In this document: in pieces, positions 59,224 to 64,000 of the stretch
Layout: the number at the start of each line of letters is the position of its first letter
How positions within the stretch are numbered: the first letter of the stretch is position 1
Notes under the pieces: model-generated
Databases searched by the model: none
What the model saw: only the letters and a program-made list of their open reading frames with translations
What the model was told of the DNA's origin: nothing
Program-made: the position numbers and the translations under genes
Assembly (NCBI GenBank): GCA_963708675.1
Contig: CAVPTO010000003.1
Location: forward strand, 3,595,477-3,659,476
Direction: 5' to 3'
DNA from: an uncultured Planctomycetota bacterium
Lineage (GTDB): Bacteria > Planctomycetota > Planctomycetia > Pirellulales > PNKZ01
Length of the DNA stretch: 64,000 nucleotides

Positions 59224-61158
59224 TCAGCGACCGGCCGGCAACTCGACCACGCTACGGCTGACGACGCCGTTTTCATTCGCCTTCATCTGCGACACACCGA
59301 CGCCGAGAGCGCCGTCGAGCTCGCTTTCGCTGGGGAGCAGCTCGAGCAACTTGTCGATCATCTCGGGGTTCAGTTTGTCGAAGGCGGAGTTCAACTCGTT
59401 GTCGTCGTCGTCATCGCCTGCTTGTTGATGTTTCTTGATTAACTCAAGCGTGTTCACGACGATTTGCCGCGCGGCCTTCATGTTGCGATTGTTGTCGGTG
59501 AGCTGATACGTCAGACAGGCCTCGGGAGCAAGCAACTCGCAAGCGCGTCGATAGATCGAACTCCCGGTCAGCGACGCCTCGCCGGCCGGCGGGCTACGCA
59601 ACATCGACAACAGCGATTCGATCGCCGAGTCGCCAGCGCCGACGACGAGAAACCCGCGACCGAGAAACACGCCCCCCTGGAACTGCGGCTGTTGGATGCG
59701 CAGGCCCATAAAGCCTTGCTCTTCGAGAGGATCCTGACCGGTCATGGTCGCGCCGATTTGCATTACACGCCTTAGCAAAGTTTCGTCCTTCACTTCCCAC
59801 ACCATGCCCGAGCGGCCCGTCGACATTTCGCCTTCGTCGTCGGGTTTGGCTTCGGTGCGCGGCATGAGGCCGATGGCGATGTGCCGCGTGCCGAGTGCTC
59901 CCAACAGCGATGCGGGGTCGGCCTGCACGGTGCGCGTCACTTGGCTTTCGATGAAGTCGATGCCAGCCCGCGATTGATCGCCGACGAGTTCGATCACCAT
60001 GCTCTTGATGCGCGCGTACGCCTTGGCCAGATCGAAGCTGAACTGCTCGTAACTGACGACATCGGCCGAGACCCAAGCGGGCGGTTCGGCGGCGATCGGC
60101 GTTTGATCGACCAGCGAAAAGATGCCCGATCGCGGCGACGGAACCGAGGCAAAGATGCCTGCTCCGAGCAGGTTGCCGTCGAGCGCCATCCGCCACCCCA
60201 ACGGTCCGAGCGTGTCGAGGCCGAGGCCTTTGACAAGCTTCACGGTGCGTTGAGCACTCTCGCGCTGCGGCTCTTCGACTTTGTTCGCCATTGCGAGAAA
60301 CCACGTCACTAGCGGACGCGGATCGGCAAACACCTCGAACAACGGAATTCCCGACGGCAGCGCTGCCGACAGGCCCGGCGTCTTGAGAATCTCGGGCTGC
60401 TCGGCGGCCGAGCGATGATGGGCATCAAGAAACTTGCCGAAGCCTTGCTGCAGCCGGTCGGCAATTTCGTTGGCGTGTTCCTTGGCATCCTGCATCGACG
60501 TAACAGCGAACGACGCGAACAGCCGCGAGCCGATCTGCGACAAGAACAGAAAGTCTTCGGTCTCGTCGTCGCCTTCCGTGTTCTTCGTTGTTAAACGCAT
60601 AACGTCGACACCGGCGAGCTCCATATCGGAGCGCACGACCTTGTCGCCGTTTTCGTCGCTGGCCTTCATGGCTGCGTCGACAATGCGCGTACTCAGTTCT
60701 TCTTCGGGTTCGATCCATCCGAAGACCTGCGCCATCGGCGCCATGCCCCAGCCGGGACTGATTGCGACGGCGAAGCCCATCTCGCCCGTGAACAAGTTGG
60801 CGTAATCGTCGGGGCGAAGGTTGTAGCGTCCGAGCTCTTTGACGAGCTCGTCCCACTTGCCTTGGCTTTCGTCGGTGCTTTGTAGCAACTTGACGAGTCG
60901 CGCGATGCGCTGTGGATCGCCGAGCACGGCCCCGAGCTTAGTTCGCTCCTTCAACGCCTTGCCAACTGCCGCGCCGTCGGGAACACGGCTGATGAGCACG
61001 GTGTTCTCAGGCAGGCAGGTGATTGAGGACGGAAGCTTGTCGGCAGCGCTGGCCGAGGTAGTGATGGCCGAGGCGATGAAGGTCCCGGTGAAGATTGCGG
61101 CGGCTGTCCACCCGACGATTCCTACTCTCCGTAGCAGTGCGATCCGTCTCACGGTCAT
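59224..61158 (-). CDS. Secreted hypothetical protein (DUF3352-like architecture)
   Basis: Signal peptide and SD AAGGGAG. Ends ...GVGVSQMKANENGVVSRSVV, typical of this class. ATGA-coupled to the upstream protease. Confidence 0.55.
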   Translation of the reverse strand: MTVRRIALLRRVGIVGWTAAAIFTGTFIASAITTSASAADKLPSSITCLPENTVLISRVPDGAAVGKALKERTKLGAVLGDPQRIARLVKLLQSTDESQGKWDELVKELGRYNLRPDDYANLFTGEMGFAVAISPGWGMAPMAQVFGWIEPEEELSTRIVDAAMKASDENGDKVVRSDMELAGVDVMRLTTKNTEGDDETEDFLFLSQIGSRLFASFAVTSMQDAKEHANEIADRLQQGFGKFLDAHHRSAAEQPEILKTPGLSAALPSGIPLFEVFADPRPLVTWFLAMANKVEEPQRESAQRTVKLVKGLGLDTLGPLGWRMALDGNLLGAGIFASVPSPRSGIFSLVDQTPIAAEPPAWVSADVVSYEQFSFDLAKAYARIKSMVIELVGDQSRAGIDFIESQVTRTVQADPASLLGALGTRHIAIGLMPRTEAKPDDEGEMSTGRSGMVWEVKDETLLRRVMQIGATMTGQDPLEEQGFMGLRIQQPQFQGGVFLGRGFLVVGAGDSAIESLLSMLRSPPAGEASLTGSSIYRRACELLAPEACLTYQLTDNNRNMKAARQIVVNTLELIKKHQQAGDDDDDNELNSAFDKLNPEMIDKLLELLPSESELDGALGVGVSQMKANENGVVSRSVVELPAGR

Positions 61159-62219
61159 TCTCCCTTAGATGTTTTCGATCGGGCGGTGTGCGGGTTCTTG
61201 GTCCCTTGGTTTTCTTGCTCGGCCGAGGCGCGTGCAGCGGCGGCGTCCTTGTCGGTCGTGTTGTCTTTGTCGGAAGCGGTAGTGCTTTCGGCGGCACGGA
61301 ACGGCGGCGCGAGATACGTCACGCCGTTTTGTGGTTGGGCAGCATCGTATAGGTACGTTTCGCGATGCAGCAGAAAGTCGACCAGATCACTGGCGGGAAT
61401 GCCGAACGCAAGGCCGTCGAAACTCGTGGCGCCGGCGCACACGACGCCGACGATTTCGCCGCGAGCGTTGAACAGCGGGCCACCGCTGTTGCCGGGATTG
61501 ATCGAGGCGTCGGTTTGAATCAGCCGCAGATGGCCAATCGTGCGAGTGGTTGAGCTCACGATGCCTTGCGTGACCGAGCGTTCGAGGCCGAGCGGATTGC
61601 CGATGGCGAAGATCAGATCGCCGACCGTCAGGTCGTCGCGATCGTCGATGACGCACGGCGTTGGCATGTTGCCAGGAATTTCGTCGACGTCGAGTTGCAG
61701 CAATGCGAGATCACGCAGCGGCTGCAAGGCGATGATCTTCACCTTCTTGAGCTCGTGCTTCTCGTAGCCGCTGTCGGTGCGGCGGAACATGGTGACGACG
61801 AGCTTCGTCTGCCCTTCGACGACGTGATAGTTCGTGATCAGGTGCCCTTGCTTGCTGATGATGAACCCGCTGCCGCGGCCGACGGCGTTCTTCACCATGA
61901 CGACCGCGTCGCCGTAGTTCTTGACGAGCGTTGGCAGATCGGCCGGCTCGAGCTTTCCGGTGCTGAAGATGCCGCGATCGGTGGCTGCTTTGCTCTTGGC
62001 CTTCTTCGCCTGGCGATCGATGGCGAGGATCCGCTTTGTCGGCAGGTTGACGACATCGGTGCCGAGGTCGAGCACAAGCCCGTCGTCGTTCTCGCGCAAC
62101 AATGTTGCCGTGATCTTCGCTCCGCCGACGAGCGTGACGGTTACTTGTTCTGCGGCTTGCGCCGTAGCCGCGAAGAGGCAAGCGATGCACAGCGAAAGAA
62201 TGAATTGGAAACGTTTCAT
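61155..62219 (-). CDS. Secreted S1C trypsin-like serine protease lacking PDZ
   Basis: GSGFII, TNYHVV, DLALL and DASINPGNSGGPL. Signal peptide MKRFQFILSLCIACLFAATAQA. Confidence 0.9.
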   Translation of the reverse strand: MKRFQFILSLCIACLFAATAQAAEQVTVTLVGGAKITATLLRENDDGLVLDLGTDVVNLPTKRILAIDRQAKKAKSKAATDRGIFSTGKLEPADLPTLVKNYGDAVVMVKNAVGRGSGFIISKQGHLITNYHVVEGQTKLVVTMFRRTDSGYEKHELKKVKIIALQPLRDLALLQLDVDEIPGNMPTPCVIDDRDDLTVGDLIFAIGNPLGLERSVTQGIVSSTTRTIGHLRLIQTDASINPGNSGGPLFNARGEIVGVVCAGATSFDGLAFGIPASDLVDFLLHRETYLYDAAQPQNGVTYLAPPFRAAESTTASDKDNTTDKDAAAARASAEQENQGTKNPHTARSKTSKGE

Positions 62220-64000
62220 TTCCGGTCCTCGGCCATGTAGATGAGTAGCCGATCTTGCGAGAGCAGGGCGAGGTCGCGCTTGCCGTCGCCGTCGGCATCG
62301 AGCGCGATCACGCCACGCGGCTCGGTGACGAGCGCGTCGCCTTGACCGCCGTAGGGATACGTCGTGTCTTCGAACACAGGCCACGACAGTGCCGACTTCA
62401 GCTCCTTGTCGGTCCGCACGAGGACGGTGAGCTGATGCCGGCGATCGTCGGCGAGGATCACCTCGTCGGTTCCGTCGCCGTCGATGTCGGTCGTGAAGAA
62501 GCGGTGGATCGTTGCCTCCTTCACGCCGCTGGGTCGGCCGACGCGGCTATCGACGCTGTCGATCAACTTCAATTCGAACGGCGAACCCTTCGCGAGTCGC
62601 ACCACACGATCGGTGTCGATGAGCACGAGGCCCAACACCGAATCGGCGCGCAGACTGCCGCCGTGCGGAGGCTTGATGCTTTCCTTGACTCGCAGCACGC
62701 CGCCATCGTCGGGTTTCAATCGGTGAATGAATTCACCGCCGGCCTCAAGCGCCCATGCTTCGTCCCCTTTCAGCGGTACGAAGCTCACGAGCTTCTGGCC
62801 ATCGGGAAGCATCGTTTGATCGGTCGGATGCAGGTCGTCGCCCAGCCATTGCAGCACACCGTCGGTCAGTCGCCCAACACGCAATGACTTCTTCTTGCCC
62901 GTGCCCCTCTCGTATAGGCTGAACTCGGCGAGATCGACTTTTGCAAGGTGTGAAGGCTCGGTGATCTTCGGCTTGGCGTCTTCTGCTTTCGCATCGCCCT
63001 CTGCCTTGGAATTACTGTCGAGCGTCACCAACTTCGCCGTCGAGGCGTAGGCTTCTTGCACGAGCAGCCGCTTGCCGCCGAGCCACACGACCTTGTCGAC
63101 CTTCGCGCCCAGATCTTTGAAGCGTGTCACTTCGGGCTTTGCGGCGTCGGCCGACCACACGTACAGATCGACGTGCGATCCCACACGCTGCGCCCACCAC
63201 GTCGTATCTCCTACCATTTCGAGCGCGAGAATGCGACGTGTCGCGGCGGCGTCCTCGGCTGACATCGGTTGCGGATAGCTCAGCCGGCCTGATTCCCATT
63301 TGCTCGTGTAAAGGTCGGCGGCATCCTTGACCCACACTAGCAGCGTGCCGGGTTCGGCCACCGGAGCCGACAACGCGCGAATGTTGCTGACGGTCGGATA
63401 GCTTTGCTCGGCCAACCAGCCGTTCTCGCCGAGTTCGTGAACTCGCAACCGCGGCTGAGCCGAGTCAGCGGCGACGATCGTTGCCTTGCCGTTGATCTTC
63501 GCGCCGCACCACGCGGCCTTCGCGCCGCCGGGCATCGGCAAGGCATCGCGTCGGCCGAGATCGCTCTCTTCGCCGCGCGACATTTGATAACGACGCAACA
63601 TGCCGTCGCGCGTGCCTCCCAGTAGCAGCAACTCGGTCGCCGCGTCGGGTCGCTGCAACACGCCGAAGCCCTGCACGCTGTGTTCGTGCAAAGCCTGGGC
63701 GGGCAGCAACACGCCTTGCGAACATTCGTACCATCGCACGTCCTGCCGCGCGACGCTCGACCACTCCACGAGGTCATCGTTTCCGTCGCCGTCCAAGTCG
63801 GCCAAGGCCCAATCTCGCCGGCCTCGCGCCTTGCGCGGCGACAGCCAACTTGCCCGGCTCGACTCGTCGAGATCCAGCACCTGGATGCCTTGCTCGTAAC
63901 TGATGAGCAGTTCGTGCTCGCTGCCGTCTTTCTTTTCGCTTTTCTTGTGACGCAACAGCATCACGTGCCCTTTGCCAGCCGGCGAACCGGCCAACAAGTC
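62216..64000 (-). CDS. FG-GAP/VCBS repeat beta-propeller protein, 5' truncated by window edge
   Basis: ADLDGDGNDDL, TDIDGDGTDEV and LDADGDGKRDL. The frame runs off the window. Confidence 0.75.
   Translation of the reverse strand, partial: DLLAGSPAGKGHVMLLRHKKSEKKDGSEHELLISYEQGIQVLDLDESSRASWLSPRKARGRRDWALADLDGDGNDDLVEWSSVARQDVRWYECSQGVLLPAQALHEHSVQGFGVLQRPDAATELLLLGGTRDGMLRRYQMSRGEESDLGRRDALPMPGGAKAAWCGAKINGKATIVAADSAQPRLRVHELGENGWLAEQSYPTVSNIRALSAPVAEPGTLLVWVKDAADLYTSKWESGRLSYPQPMSAEDAAATRRILALEMVGDTTWWAQRVGSHVDLYVWSADAAKPEVTRFKDLGAKVDKVVWLGGKRLLVQEAYASTAKLVTLDSNSKAEGDAKAEDAKPKITEPSHLAKVDLAEFSLYERGTGKKKSLRVGRLTDGVLQWLGDDLHPTDQTMLPDGQKLVSFVPLKGDEAWALEAGGEFIHRLKPDDGGVLRVKESIKPPHGGSLRADSVLGLVLIDTDRVVRLAKGSPFELKLIDSVDSRVGRPSGVKEATIHRFFTTDIDGDGTDEVILADDRRHQLTVLVRTDKELKSALSWPVFEDTTYPYGGQGDALVTEPRGVIALDADGDGKRDLALLSQDRLLIYMAEDRK

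Overview
GC-rich bacterial window, most consistent with a Planctomycete. The taxonomic call rests on DUF1501, DUF1549/DUF1553, PPC-domain, ECF plus Ser/Thr kinase and PEP-CTERM gene content and was not database-checked. It holds about 36 protein genes: two giant PEP-CTERM beta-strand-repeat surface proteins, a GumC/Wzz-like co-polymerase, an outer-membrane barrel, a sulfatase, a TetR-controlled MFP with a tandem RND pair (perfect 18-bp operator), an ECF sigma with a zinc-finger/kinase/TM/WD40 partner, a second RND and MFP, a UvrA2-type protein, kdsA, and a coupled FG-GAP/trypsin protease/hypothetical operon. No tRNA, rRNA or CRISPR array was seen. The most notable unexplained structure is a dense set of palindromic repeats (about five REP/REPIN families). 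One family is a compact REP-associated HUH tyrosine transposase (RAYT-like) bracketed by inverted CTTAG-tagged hairpins. Their 8-bp stems differ in sequence but stay perfectly paired around an invariant TCCA loop, and a 52-bp transposase-less doublet with the same ends lies 20 kb away. A GTAG-type REPIN sits in frame inside the sulfatase signal peptide and also supplies the TetR stop codon. Three genes carry single-base frameshifts in short G/C runs, which may be assembly errors.
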